A stretch of DNA of 64,000 nucleotides from NCBI GenBank assembly GCA_963771175.1, contig CAVYSY010000051.1, positions 128,001 to 192,000 of the forward strand, read 5' to 3'. Position 1 is the stretch's first letter. The number at the start of each line of letters is the position of its first letter. Below are positions 32,915 to 44,427 of this stretch, piece after piece. A program made the position numbers and the translations under genes. Source of the DNA: an uncultured delta proteobacterium (GTDB lineage: Bacteria; Myxococcota; Myxococcia; Myxococcales; Myxococcaceae). The notes beneath the pieces were generated by a model. That model ran no database searches. It saw only the letters and a list, made by a program, of their open reading frames with translations, and was not told the DNA's origin.

Positions 32915-34685
32915 TCAGATACCTCGGACCCTGGGAGCGCCGAACTCACGGTACCCCGGCGGCCGGCCGTCGGCGGCGGTCGGCAGCGGGTTGATGCCGG
33001 GCTTCTCGCGGTCCGGCGGGGAGGCCTTGTCCCAGTCGAACTGGGCGAACTCGGTCACGGTCTTGCCCAGCTCGCGGAACACCTCGCGCGAGGACGTCCA
33101 GGCCGCCGTGCCACCCATCTCGCGGGCGAGCTCGGCCGCCAGCGCCCAGTGCGCCGTGGCGTCACCCTTGGAGGGGTAGGCCTTGCGGAAGCGCTGGATG
33201 ATGCCGTCCCCCTGCACGAACGAGCCGTCGTCCTCCACGTGGACGGAGGCGGGCAGCAGCACCGTGGCCTGCGCGGTGAGGGGCGACTCGTTCGTCGCCT
33301 GCACCACGAAGACGTCCAGCTTCGCCGCGGCCTGGGCGAAGGACTCGACGTTGCCCGGCACCTCGTCGCCCACCGCGTACAGCGCCTTCACCCGGCCGCC
33401 CTCCAGGGCCTTGGTCAGGTCCTCGAAGGACTTGACCGTCAGCCCCAGGCCCTGGGCGATCAGCTCCAGGCCCTTGCGGTTGGGGTTGCGGTCCGCCGTC
33501 AGGAGGAAGTGATCGGCCTCACCCTGCGGGCGGCCACCGACGTAGACCTCCTTGGCCCCCAGCGTCACCTTGGCGAAGGTGAGCGTGGCGAGCAGGTCCT
33601 CGTTGGAAGCGACCGGCGAGGCGAGCACCGCCACCCGGCCCTTCACCTCGGCGAGCGCCTGGGCCGCGGCCTTCACGGCCTCGCGGCGGGCGACCTCGGG
33701 ACGAGCAGTACCGGCGGCCGGCTGGCGACCCACCACGGCGGCGAGCACGCGGCCCAGGTTGAGGCCCTTGTACGTCAGGCGACCGTGGTCGCACATCCAG
33801 CTCTTGTTGATGGCCTCGTTCTCGCGCGGGCGGTAGCGGTAGGTGTCCTGCGCCATGAAGTCCGCGTAGATGTTGCAGCCGCGCGAGCAGCCGGTGCACA
33901 CGGACGGCGCGGCGGACAGGAACCACGCGCGGGCGCGGAAGCGGAAGTCGCGGCTGAGCAGCGCGCCCACCGGGCAGATGTCGACGGTGTTGAGCGAGTA
34001 GTTGCTGTTGAGCTCGCTGCCCGGGAACGTGTCGATGACCTCGTGGCTGCCACGGCCGAAGATGCCGAGCTGCGGCTCCTTCGGCATCTCGTCCATGAAG
34101 CGCACGCAGCGGGTGCAGATGATGCAGCGCTCCTGGTCGAGCACCACGCGGGGCCCGAGCACCTTGCGCTTGTTCTTCATGACCTTGCCGCCCTCGAGCC
34201 GCGAGGGGCGGTAGTCGTAGCGCATGTAGTAGTCCTGCAGCTTGCACTCACCGGCCTGGTCGCAGATGGAGCAGTCGACCGGGTGGTTGAGGAGCAGGAA
34301 CTCCATGACGGCGCGCTGCTGCTCCTTCACCTTCGGGGTGTTGGTCTTGATGACCTGACCCTCGGCGAGCGACGTCTGGCAGGCGGGCACCAGCTTGGGG
34401 GCGTTGGAGGCCTCCACCATGCACATGCGGCAGTTGGCCGCGATGGAGAGGCGCGGGTGGTAGCAGAAGTAGGGGATGTCCGAGCCGACCATCTTGGCCG
34501 CCTCGATCATGTTCGTCCCCGGCTTGGCCACCACTTCCTTGCCGTCGATGGTGCAGGTGACGAAGCCCGGGTTCTTCGGCGGGGGAGGGCCAGCCGGCTT
34601 GGGCGCGGGCGGTGGGGCGCCGGGGTGGCGCTGTGCGCGGCCGGAGGCTGCGCGTCTCCGGTGGGCTTCTTGGTGTCGTTGTCGC

Positions 34686-34689
<4 letters not shown>
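32915..34689 (-). CDS. nuoG: NADH-quinone oxidoreductase subunit G (apparent indel(s) in the N-terminal Pro-rich region)
   Basis: IPYFCYHPRL..CRMC, HPVDCSICDQAGEC.LQD, RCIICTRCVRF, CPVGAL, CTGCSRGC. Confidence 0.9.
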
Positions 34690-35956
<1,267 letters not shown>

Positions 35957-35995
35957 GATCGTGTCCTCGGGGGGCTGTCCGGTGGGGGCGGGCGC

Positions 35996-36524
35996 TCAGC
36001 TGCACGCCGCTGGTGCCGGGGCCGCGGAAGATGTCCTTGATGGGGCGCTCGGGAATGAGCGGCTGCCGGTCGCGCAGCGGGTAGTCCTTGCGCAGCGGGT
36101 GACCCTGGAACTCCTCGTACAGCAGCACGCGGCGCAGGTCCGGGTGGCCGTGAAGCGGATGCCGTAGAAGTCCCACACGAAGCGCTCCCACCAGTTGGCG
36201 CCCTTGAAGATGGGCGTGATGGAGGGGAGCTCCGGGCTTCGCCTCGCTCACGCGCACCTTCAGGCGCACGTGCTCGTGACGCGACAGCGAGTAGATGAAG
36301 TAGACGACCTCGAAGCGCGGGTCATTCTCCGCGAGGTGGAGGCGATCCACCGCGTCGATCGAGGTGAAGAGCTTGAAATCCAGGTCGTTCTTCAGGAACG
36401 CGGCGACCTTCGGAAGGTGCTCGGCGTGGATGACGGCCCAGTCGCCGCCAGTGCGGTCGAGGTAGCGCTCCGCCACCGCCTCCGGAAACTGGGCGGTGAC
36501 CCTGTCCAGTGCGAAAGTGCTCAA
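35996..36524 (-). CDS. nuoC: NADH-quinone oxidoreductase subunit C (apparent indels)
   Basis: [36 protein letters not shown]. Confidence 0.9.
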
Positions 36525-36557
36525 GGGGGCCTCAATGCTGGCTAAGGAATCCGGCGC

Positions 36558-36587
36558 GTTATAAGGATGGCCACCGGCGCGCGTCAA
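36558..36587 (-). promoter_or_regulatory. Sigma70-like promoter upstream of nuoC (TTGACG-18-TATAAC)
   Basis: + strand gttata at 36558-36563 and cgtcaa at 36582-36587. Confidence 0.6.
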
Positions 36588-36653
36588 CGTAATCCCTCAA
36601 CCATCCCCGATACTTACGCGACTCAGAAGCCCACATTCGTCGGAACGGGCTTT

Positions 36654-37940
36654 TCAGGCCGTCGCCCCGACGCCCCGGCGGGTAGGGAGCGGCCGGGGAA
36701 TGAAGGTGGTGACGGGCTCGCGCTTGCCGGCGACGGGGAGGGGCGGCAGCTCCTGCCAGAGGAATCCCTCGCCCGCCTGTTCCCGGGTGTCGCGGGAGAC
36801 GAGCACGGGCGCCCCGTGCTCCTTGGTGAGCCGCTCGATGCGGCTGGCCAGGTTCACCGTGTCGCCGATGGCGGTGTACTCGAGGCGGCGGGTGGTGGAG
36901 CCGATGTTGCCGAGCACCACGCTCCCGGTGTGCAGGCCCACCCCCATGCGCAGGCCCGACTCGCCCCGGGCGGCCCGCTCGGCGTTCACCGCCTCCAGCT
37001 CGTCCATCATCTCCAGCGCGCACTCCACGGCCCGCCGGGCGTGCGCCGGCTCGGGCAGGGGCGCGCCGAAGTACACCATGAGTGCGTCTCCAATGAACTT
37101 GTCGAGTGTGCCGCCGTGGCGGAACACCACCTCCACCATGCGGCCGTAGTACTCGTTGAGCACGGCCACCACGGCCTCGGGGGAGAGCCGCTCGCTCAGG
37201 GCGGTGAAGTCCCGGATGTCCGCGAAGAGGATGGTCACCTCGCGCACCTCGGGGGTGGACACCGGAGAGGCCACGTCCTGCAGGCGCTCGGCCACCGCGG
37301 GGGAGAAGTAGCGTCCGAGCTGGGCGCGCTGGAGCTCCTCGTGCGTCACCGCGGAGATGAGCACGTGGATGCGCTGGAAGAGGTAGTGCGCGGCGCCCGC
37401 CGTCAGCGCCAGCACCACCACCCCCACCACACGCGCGCCCATGCCGATGGAGGCCTCGGTCTGCAGGCACACCTCGGCCACGGCCGCCACCGCCGTCACC
37501 GTGAACGTCACCGTGCGCCGCAGCGACAGCGCCGAGATGACGATGAGGCAGGCGTAGAGACCGAGGGTGAAGCCCGCCACGCCGCCGGGTGAAGAGGAGA
37601 CGGGGATGGCCAGGTGCTGCAGCCAGTAGATGGCCGGCACGTCCACCACCGCGAGCGACAGCCCGGCCCAGCTCCCCACCCGCGTCGAGCGCAGCACGCC
37701 CACCCACATCGCCACGGTGCACAGCCAGTAGGCGACGAAGGGGCCGAGGTACACCTCCCAGTCCGCCAGCCCCTGCACTCGGGCCAGGTACGTGGTGATG
37801 GCCAGGATGACGGACACGCCGAGCAAGCGCAGCATCGCGAGCCGCCCGGCGTTGTGCAGGCGTTCGGATTCGATGGCCTTCTCCACCGGCTCTCGCAGGA
37901 ACTCGGCGAGAGCGGTGCGTGTCTGCCGGGTCTCGACCAC
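36654..37940 (-). CDS. Membrane-anchored class III adenylate cyclase
   Basis: About six TM helices; [43 protein letters not shown] with all catalytic residues present. Confidence 0.92.
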   Translation of the reverse strand: MVETRQTRTALAEFLREPVEKAIESERLHNAGRLAMLRLLGVSVILAITTYLARVQGLADWEVYLGPFVAYWLCTVAMWVGVLRSTRVGSWAGLSLAVVDVPAIYWLQHLAIPVSSSPGGVAGFTLGLYACLIVISALSLRRTVTFTVTAVAAVAEVCLQTEASIGMGARVVGVVVLALTAGAAHYLFQRIHVLISAVTHEELQRAQLGRYFSPAVAERLQDVASPVSTPEVREVTILFADIRDFTALSERLSPEAVVAVLNEYYGRMVEVVFRHGGTLDKFIGDALMVYFGAPLPEPAHARRAVECALEMMDELEAVNAERAARGESGLRMGVGLHTGSVVLGNIGSTTRRLEYTAIGDTVNLASRIERLTKEHGAPVLVSRDTREQAGEGFLWQELPPLPVAGKREPVTTFIPRPLPTRRGVGATA

Positions 37941-38064
37941 TCTTCCTCGACCGTGCTTCGGGTGTGCGCGGCATCCTCGCATGTGCCCGGAGGGCACGCA
38001 CCTTCCACGCGCCTGCTCGCCCGGCGAGCGTCCCAAGGCGTCACGGCGGCGTTATGTTTCCGCC

Positions 38065-38535
38065 ATGTCCACGACTTCTCCCGAGAGCCTCCAGGAACGC
38101 TTCGCTCCCAACCTCGTCTGTTTCGGCTGTGGTCCCGCCAACCCCCAGGGCCTGCACGTGCGCAGCCGGGTGGAGGGCGAGCTCGTCGTCGCCGACTGGA
38201 CCCCGGCCGAGCACCACCAGGCCTTCCCCGGCATGGTGAACGGGGGGATCATCGGCTCGATCCTGGATTGCCACTGCAACTGGACGGCGGCCCACGCGCT
38301 GATGAAGGAGCGCGGCCTGGACACCCCGCCGTGCACCGTCACCGCCGAGTACACCATCCAGCTCAAGCGCCCCACGCCGCTGGGGCCCCTGCACCTGGAG
38401 GCGAAGCCCGTCTCCATCGAGGGGGACAAGGTTCTCGTGGAGGGGACGCTCACCGCGGGGGGCAAGGTGTGCGCCACCTGCCGCGGCACCTTCGTGGCGG
38501 TGAGGCCGGGCCACCCCGCCTACCACCGCTGGTAG
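38065..38535 (+). CDS. PaaI family (hotdog-fold) thioesterase
   Basis: CFGCGPANPQGL, HQAFPGMVNGGIIGSILDCH, RPTP. Confidence 0.88.
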   Translation: MSTTSPESLQERFAPNLVCFGCGPANPQGLHVRSRVEGELVVADWTPAEHHQAFPGMVNGGIIGSILDCHCNWTAAHALMKERGLDTPPCTVTAEYTIQLKRPTPLGPLHLEAKPVSIEGDKVLVEGTLTAGGKVCATCRGTFVAVRPGHPAYHRW

Positions 38536-38542
38536 AAAAGCG

Positions 38543-38579
38543 AGGGCCCCGCCGCCTCCGAAGAGGCTCGCGGGGCCCT
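38543..38579. terminator. GC-rich hairpin between convergent thioesterase and nuoB genes
   Basis: AGGGCCCCGC ... GCGGGGCCCT inverted repeat. Confidence 0.55.
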
Positions 38580-38604
38580 GGGCCGGCACGGGGCCGGTCG
38601 GCGA

Positions 38605-39162
<558 letters not shown>

Positions 39163-39168
39163 GGTTCC

Positions 39169-39546
39169 TCAGTGCTCCCACTCCAGGGCGCCCTTCTTCC
39201 AGATGTAGATAAGGCCGACCACCAGGGTCGCAGCGAAAACGAGCATCTCCACGTACCCGAACCAACCGAGCGCCTGGAAGTTCACCGCCCAGGGGTACAG
39301 GAACACCGCTTCGACGTCGAACACGATGAACAGCAGGGCCACCACGTAGAACTTCACCGCGAAGCGCTGGCGCGCGGGGCCGCTGCTCTCGGAACCGGCC
39401 TCGAAAGCCGTGGACTTGATGGCGCTCGGCCGCCTGGGGCCCAGGATGGAGGCGAGGCTCGGGATTACCAGCGCCAGGACGCCGGACAGGAGCAGCACCA
39501 CCGCCAGCGGCAGGTAGTTGGCGAGGGGGTTGATCGTGGGGTTCAT
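39169..39546 (-). CDS. nuoA: NADH-quinone oxidoreductase subunit A
   Basis: FEAG, KFYVVALLFIVFDVEAVFLYPWA, YIWKKGALEW. Confidence 0.96.
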   Translation of the reverse strand: MNPTINPLANYLPLAVVLLLSGVLALVIPSLASILGPRRPSAIKSTAFEAGSESSGPARQRFAVKFYVVALLFIVFDVEAVFLYPWAVNFQALGWFGYVEMLVFAATLVVGLIYIWKKGALEWEH

Positions 39547-39556
39547 TTCGCGGCGG

Positions 39557-39585
39557 ACCCTAGGAGCGCCCGGGGGCGGTGTCAA
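39557..39585 (-). promoter_or_regulatory. Sigma70-like promoter for nuoA (TTGACA-17-TAGGGT), near-leaderless transcript
   Basis: + strand acccta at 39557-39562 and tgtcaa at 39580-39585; ATG at 39546. Confidence 0.55.
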
Positions 39586-39686
39586 TGGGTAAACCGGAGA
39601 GCCAACCCCCGGACATGACAGCGAAAAGCCGGGTGGGGTGCTCGGCCGCCCGCCCGCCCGTCCGCGAGCAGCCGGTGCGCCGGGGT

Positions 39687-39716
39687 TTGACGCTCCGCGC
39701 GTTGGCTGCCTAGGGT
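39687..39716 (+). promoter_or_regulatory. Sigma70-like promoter for the MCP gene (TTGACG-18-TAGGGT)
   Basis: Motifs at 39687-39692 and 39711-39716. Confidence 0.45.
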
Positions 39717-39761
39717 CGCACCCTGGCGCGCCTTCCGATCAGACAAGAGAGAAACCCAAGC

Positions 39762-41324
39762 ATGTGGGGTCGGCTCAGTTTGCGCTGGCAGGTGGCCTTC
39801 GCGGTGCTGGTTCCCAGCCTCGCGGTGGCCCTGTTCAGCGCGGTTTATTTTCCGAAGCAGCAGCTGGACTTCAGGCTGAAGAGACTCGAGGACCGGGCGC
39901 GGATCGTGGGGCTGCTCGCCTCGGAGCAGCTCTCGACCGTGCTGGCGCGGGGCGGCCAGGTGTCCCCGGCCGCTCCTGGCTCGCAGCCGGTGGAGCAGCT
40001 CGCGCACCACTTCGAGCGGGTGGAGCAGGCGGGCTCCATCTCCTTCCAGGCGGTGCTGGCGCCCGACGGCAAGATGCTGTCCACGCGCGGCAACGTGCCC
40101 AAGGGGCTGAAGGGAGGCTCGGCGGCCGAGGGCTGCGAGGTGCTGCGCGTGCAGGGCGGCCCGGTGGCGCTGTGCGCGCTGCCCGGGGGCCACACCTACG
40201 TGGTGGGCCTGGACTCCGCCGCGGTGAATGCGGAGGCGGACGCCATGCGCTGGCCGAGTCTCCTGGTGTACCTGGGTGCCACGGTGGTGGGCCTGTTCAT
40301 CGCCTTCTTCATCGGGCGGGCCATCGCCGAGCCGGTGACGCGCATGACGCAGGCGGCGCGCGAGGTGTCGCAGGGCGACATGTCGCTGAGCGAGGTGGAC
40401 GTGGCCTCCGCGGGCGAGGTGCGGATGATGGCGCACTCCTTCAACGAGATGCTGGGCACGCTGCGCGGCACGGTGACGGAGCTGCTGGCGCGGCTCGAGC
40501 AACTCTCCAGCGCCTCGCGGGGGCTGACGGGCGCGTCCGCGGACCAGGAGCACGTCATCAGCCAGCAGGCGGCGTACGCGCAGCAGATCGCCGCCACCTT
40601 CGAGGAGCTGAGCCGCACGGCGGAGCAGATTTCGAGCTCCACCGAGGTGGTGGAGTCCAGCGCGCGGCGCACGCACGAGGCGGTGGCCGAGGCGATGGCG
40701 GTGGTGGCGCAGGTGGTGGCGGGCATCAACGACATCCGCATGGAGTCCAAGGGCGTGGCGGACGCCATCGTGGGCCTCAACCAGGACCTGCAGCAGGTGT
40801 CGAAGATTGCCCAGGTCATCAACCAGGTGGCGGAGCGCTCGGACCTGCTGGCGCTGAACGCGGCGCTGGAGGGCACGAAGGCGGGCGAGGTGGGGCGGGG
40901 CTTCTCGCTGGTGGCGGCGGAGATGCGCAAGCTGGCCGAGAGCGTGTCCGCCTCCGCGCGGGACATCGCGCGCATCGTCGAGAAGGTGCAGGACTCGGGG
41001 AACGAGGCGGCCACCAAGGCGCGCGTGGGCATGGCCACGAGCGACCGTGGCGTGGAGGTGGCCGAGCAGGCCTCGGCGGTGTTCCAGCGGATTGTCGAGC
41101 TGGCGCGCGGCACGAGCGAGGCGGCGCGGCAGATTACGATCGCCACGCGGCAGCAGCGTCAGTCCAGCGAGCAGGCCGTGCAGGGCGCGCGCAACGTGGC
41201 CGAGCTGGTGAAGCAGGGCGTGGACGCCACGGGCCGCACCACGCGGATTGCGCAGGATCTGCAGAACGTGGCCGACAGCCTCACGGTGCTCACCAGCAAG
41301 TTCAAGGTGGCCCGAGACCGGTAG
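39762..41324 (+). CDS. Methyl-accepting chemotaxis protein
   Basis: Two TM helices, HAMP (EVRMMAHSFNEM), hairpin tip VAERSDLLALNAALEGTKAGEVGRGFSLVAAEMRKLAE. Confidence 0.95.
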   Translation: MWGRLSLRWQVAFAVLVPSLAVALFSAVYFPKQQLDFRLKRLEDRARIVGLLASEQLSTVLARGGQVSPAAPGSQPVEQLAHHFERVEQAGSISFQAVLAPDGKMLSTRGNVPKGLKGGSAAEGCEVLRVQGGPVALCALPGGHTYVVGLDSAAVNAEADAMRWPSLLVYLGATVVGLFIAFFIGRAIAEPVTRMTQAAREVSQGDMSLSEVDVASAGEVRMMAHSFNEMLGTLRGTVTELLARLEQLSSASRGLTGASADQEHVISQQAAYAQQIAATFEELSRTAEQISSSTEVVESSARRTHEAVAEAMAVVAQVVAGINDIRMESKGVADAIVGLNQDLQQVSKIAQVINQVAERSDLLALNAALEGTKAGEVGRGFSLVAAEMRKLAESVSASARDIARIVEKVQDSGNEAATKARVGMATSDRGVEVAEQASAVFQRIVELARGTSEAARQITIATRQQRQSSEQAVQGARNVAELVKQGVDATGRTTRIAQDLQNVADSLTVLTSKFKVARDR

Positions 41325-41346
41325 GGGCGAGCATCCCCTGAGCGAG

Positions 41347-41414
41347 CCTCACTTCTGGACGTCCAGAAGTGAGGTGGGTGGATGTGTGATGCTTCTGGAC
41401 GTCCAGAAGTGAGG
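41347..41414. repeat. Tandem palindromic repeat: a perfect 28-bp palindrome plus a 23-nt second copy
   Basis: CCTCACTTCTGGACGTCCAGAAGTGAGG (41347-41374) and CTTCTGGACGTCCAGAAGTGAGG (41392-41414). Confidence 0.9.
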
Positions 41415-41421
41415 GCCCACG

Positions 41422-41700
41422 TCAGGCCCGGACCAGCTCGAGGCGCGTCCGCTTTGGCGGCTGACCGAAGGGGAAATAGCGCAGTTTGGGCGGTGCTCCT
41501 CCCGGAGCGAGCTGGGGCCGCACGTCTCGCCGCGCCATTTCGCGCGCGAATGCCGTAGCGAACTGCACCACCTCCACCCAGGCCAGGTGGTAGCCCAGAC
41601 AGAAGTGGGGGCCGCCCCCGAACGCCGCGGTCTCGATGGCCGAGGGTGGCAGGCGCCTCCCCATCCAGCGCGAGGGATCGAATCGCTCCGGCTCCGGACG
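41422..41700 (-). pseudogene. Cytochrome P450 C-terminal remnant
   Basis: PEPERFDPSRW (PERF motif) and heme ligand FGGGPHFCLG; only about 90 aa, upstream P450 sequence absent. Confidence 0.85.
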
Positions 41701-41759
41701 GCGGGAAGCTGGATCCGCCTGGAGTTGGCCGCGAAACATCGTGGGCCAGCCCGGCTCGC

Positions 41760-42356
41760 CTACCAGCGGTCGTAGGTGAAGAGACAGTCGATGAGTTGGG
41801 CGTTGCCGAGGGCCTTGTTTCCGCACTCGATATCGGGAACCGGAGTGAAAAGCGTGTCGTGAGGCAGGGGCTGCACGCCTAGTTCCGTGCGCACCAGTGC
41901 CTCTATCTTGTCCGAGAGGGGCTTCGTTTCTGGCACATCCTCGTAGACGAGCTTCGTCTCCACCCACCTGCGTCCGACAAGCTTGCGGAAGGAGCTATAG
42001 CGCACATAGACCGGCGCCAAGATGCTGACGAGGAGCACGACGGCGCGGACCTCCTGGCCGCCTCCCTCCAGCGGCAGCACCTCGGGGAGGTACACCCGGG
42101 CACGCCAGCAGTTGTCGTTGGAGAAGAGCACGCTCCAATCCTCCACGCGACAGTGGGGCAGCGCATCTGTCAGCATGGAGAAGAGGCGCTGCCAGGGGCC
42201 CGAGTTCTCCAGGGCTTCCCGACGCGCCCGCAACAGGCGCTGGTACTGCACCGATTCGCTGTAGCCTTCATCGAACTCCCTGATATGGGCCGGGTAGTAC
42301 TGGTGGACCAGTTCGAGCAGCCGGGGAGTGGACAAGTCAGCGTGCATCGATGTCAT
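41760..42356 (-). CDS. Hypothetical cytoplasmic protein, possible immunity-type partner
   Basis: 198-aa intact ORF with less GC3-biased codons, directly downstream of a lipoprotein gene. Confidence 0.7.
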   Translation of the reverse strand: MTSMHADLSTPRLLELVHQYYPAHIREFDEGYSESVQYQRLLRARREALENSGPWQRLFSMLTDALPHCRVEDWSVLFSNDNCWRARVYLPEVLPLEGGGQEVRAVVLLVSILAPVYVRYSSFRKLVGRRWVETKLVYEDVPETKPLSDKIEALVRTELGVQPLPHDTLFTPVPDIECGNKALGNAQLIDCLFTYDRW

Positions 42357-42411
42357 CCCTCGTCATTGGCACGACCAGTGAGCGCCTTCGACTCCATGCG
42401 CGGGTCCCTGG

Positions 42412-42846
42412 TCAGAGGGCCTTGAGGACACGGGTCCCATCCAAGGTTTCTCCCATCTCCTTCTGCATTTCCTCCTGGAAGCGCTTGCACAGCTCTGCCG
42501 ACAACAACCCCTGCTGCTTCAGTGTCCGCTCGGCGGCGATATCCGCCGCCCTCGCGGCTTCCAACTGTGCGAACTCGTCGGTCACGATTCCGAGGTAATT
42601 GACCTCTGGCACCTGCACTTCGATGGGACAGTGGACGTTCCTGCGAACACCTTGTTCCGTTACGTGTAGCAGATGGATGATCACCCGGGCTGATTTCCAC
42701 CCACCGGGTCCGGGCGCTCTCAACGGAACGATGGGCTGGAACTGGAACTGAGACGGCGAGATGCCGCCCGGCCCACCGACGATGGACACGCAGGCCATCA
42801 GGCTCAGCAGGGCGGCGAAGGCGAGTCCCACGTAAGAGCGCAGCAT
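42412..42846 (-). CDS. Small putative lipoprotein
   Basis: GGAGG RBS; MLRSYVGLAFAALLSLMAC lipobox. Confidence 0.7.
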   Translation of the reverse strand: MLRSYVGLAFAALLSLMACVSIVGGPGGISPSQFQFQPIVPLRAPGPGGWKSARVIIHLLHVTEQGVRRNVHCPIEVQVPEVNYLGIVTDEFAQLEAARAADIAAERTLKQQGLLSAELCKRFQEEMQKEMGETLDGTRVLKAL

Positions 42847-42987
42847 GCAGCCTCCGAGACTTGGGATTCTCGGACACCCTACGCCTGCGCACTGACACGC
42901 TATGGGGGGCAACCCAACAGGTTGCTGCACTGTCTGCTCGGCCCAACGGGACTGGTGCGCGCCGTTGAGGCGGCCGAAGCCGTTTTT

Positions 42988-43824
42988 CTAGCCCGGTCGG
43001 GCGCTCTGGCTCGCGGCCCGGGCGCGCAGCCGCGCGAAGTTCTCCGGTGGCGTCGGGGAGTCACCAGGGCGCTTGCCCGGCGTCACCTGCTCGCCATGGA
43101 AGTCGCTGCCCCCGGTGGTCACCAGGTCGAACTCCTTGGCGAACTTCAGGTACTTCTCCCGCACGCTCGGGTTGTGGTCCGAGTGCAGCGCCTCCAGCCC
43201 GTCCAGGCCGTCCTTCGCCAGCATCCGGAGTTCATGGCGCTCCACCTTCGAGCTGCCCGGGTGCGCCAGCGTGGCCGTGCCTCCCGCACGGTGGATGAGC
43301 TTGATGGCATCCCCTCCGTCCAGCTTGAACCGGTCCACCCACGCCGACCTGCCCGCTCCGAGGAAACGGTCGAAGGCCTCCTTCACGTCCAGGCACCAGC
43401 CCCGCTCCACCAGCACCCGCGCCAGGTGAGGCCTGCCGAGCTGCGCGTTCCCCGCCACCGCCCGCACGTTCCCCATCGTCACCGGAAAGCCCAGGCGCCG
43501 CATCTGCTCCACCATCCGCTCCATCCGCTGCTCTCGCTCCACGCTCAGCCGCGCTGAGAAGCTGGCCAGCTCCTCGAAGTCCGGCCGCACGAAGTGCCCC
43601 AGGATGTGCACCTCGCGCTTGAGCACGAACGCGGACAGCTCGATGCCCGGCACCAGCTCCACCCCGTGCGCCCTCGCCGCCTCCTCCGCCTCTCCCAGCC
43701 CCGCCACCGTGTCGTGGTCCGTCACCGCCAGCGCCGTCACCCCCGCGCTCGCCGCCAGGGCGAGCAGCTCGGCGGGCGAGTGTTGGCCATCGCTCGCGGT
43801 GGTGTGGGAATGCAGATCAATCAC
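42988..43824 (-). CDS. PHP domain phosphoesterase (YciV/TrpH-like)
   Basis: IDLHSHTTASDG, AVTDHDT, GIELS, HILG, GRPHLA, LAHP, TGGSDFHG. Confidence 0.93.
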   Translation of the reverse strand: MIDLHSHTTASDGQHSPAELLALAASAGVTALAVTDHDTVAGLGEAEEAARAHGVELVPGIELSAFVLKREVHILGHFVRPDFEELASFSARLSVEREQRMERMVEQMRRLGFPVTMGNVRAVAGNAQLGRPHLARVLVERGWCLDVKEAFDRFLGAGRSAWVDRFKLDGGDAIKLIHRAGGTATLAHPGSSKVERHELRMLAKDGLDGLEALHSDHNPSVREKYLKFAKEFDLVTTGGSDFHGEQVTPGKRPGDSPTPPENFARLRARAASQSARPG

Positions 43825-43911
43825 GGTTGGACTCCAGAGGCTCGGGTTGAAAGGTCCGCTTACGACCCGTAGGATGTGGGATAAACCTGAGACTCGCCGA
43901 TGACGGCCGCA

Positions 43912-44364
43912 ATGCAGCACCACCCGTTCCAGATTTCCCGGAGAATCGAATACGGGATGAGGGCCATGATCTTCCTGGCCTCGCAACCCATGGAGCGCAC
44001 GATTCCCTTCCGGGAGATCGCCCGCCGCATGGATGTGCCGGAGGACTTCCTGGCGAAGATCCTCAAGACGCTCGTCGAGCGCAACCTGGTTCGCTCCACC
44101 CGGGGGGCGCACGGAGGGTACGCACTCGCCCGGCCCGCGCGTGAGATGTCCTTCCTGGACGTCATCGAGGCCGTGGAGGGTCCGGTGGTGGTCAACGTCT
44201 GCCAGGATGGCAGCAACCACGACTCCTGCAAGGCCACCGGCAGTTGCACCATGTACGGGGTGTGGAAGCTGGGCCAGCAGCGCATGCTGGAGGTCTACCG
44301 CCACACCACGCTGGACCGGCTCGCGATGAGCGACCTGCGCATGCTCGAGCCGGCACCTCAGTAG
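43912..44364 (+). CDS. Rrf2 family transcriptional regulator with three Cys (IscR/NsrR-like)
   Basis: EYGMRAM, FLAKIL..L, STRGAHGGYALAR, DVIEAVEG, C-x8-C-x5-C. Confidence 0.92.
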   Translation: MQHHPFQISRRIEYGMRAMIFLASQPMERTIPFREIARRMDVPEDFLAKILKTLVERNLVRSTRGAHGGYALARPAREMSFLDVIEAVEGPVVVNVCQDGSNHDSCKATGSCTMYGVWKLGQQRMLEVYRHTTLDRLAMSDLRMLEPAPQ

Positions 44365-44427
44365 GGGGAGGAAGCGCAAGTAAACGCGTGCTCCCCTCGG
44401 CGCGCGGGCGGTGATAGATCGCGCGCC

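Noticed and set aside
41347..41414. Mini CRISPR array
   Set aside because: Only two copies, a 17-nt spacer, a loopless palindrome and no cas genes.
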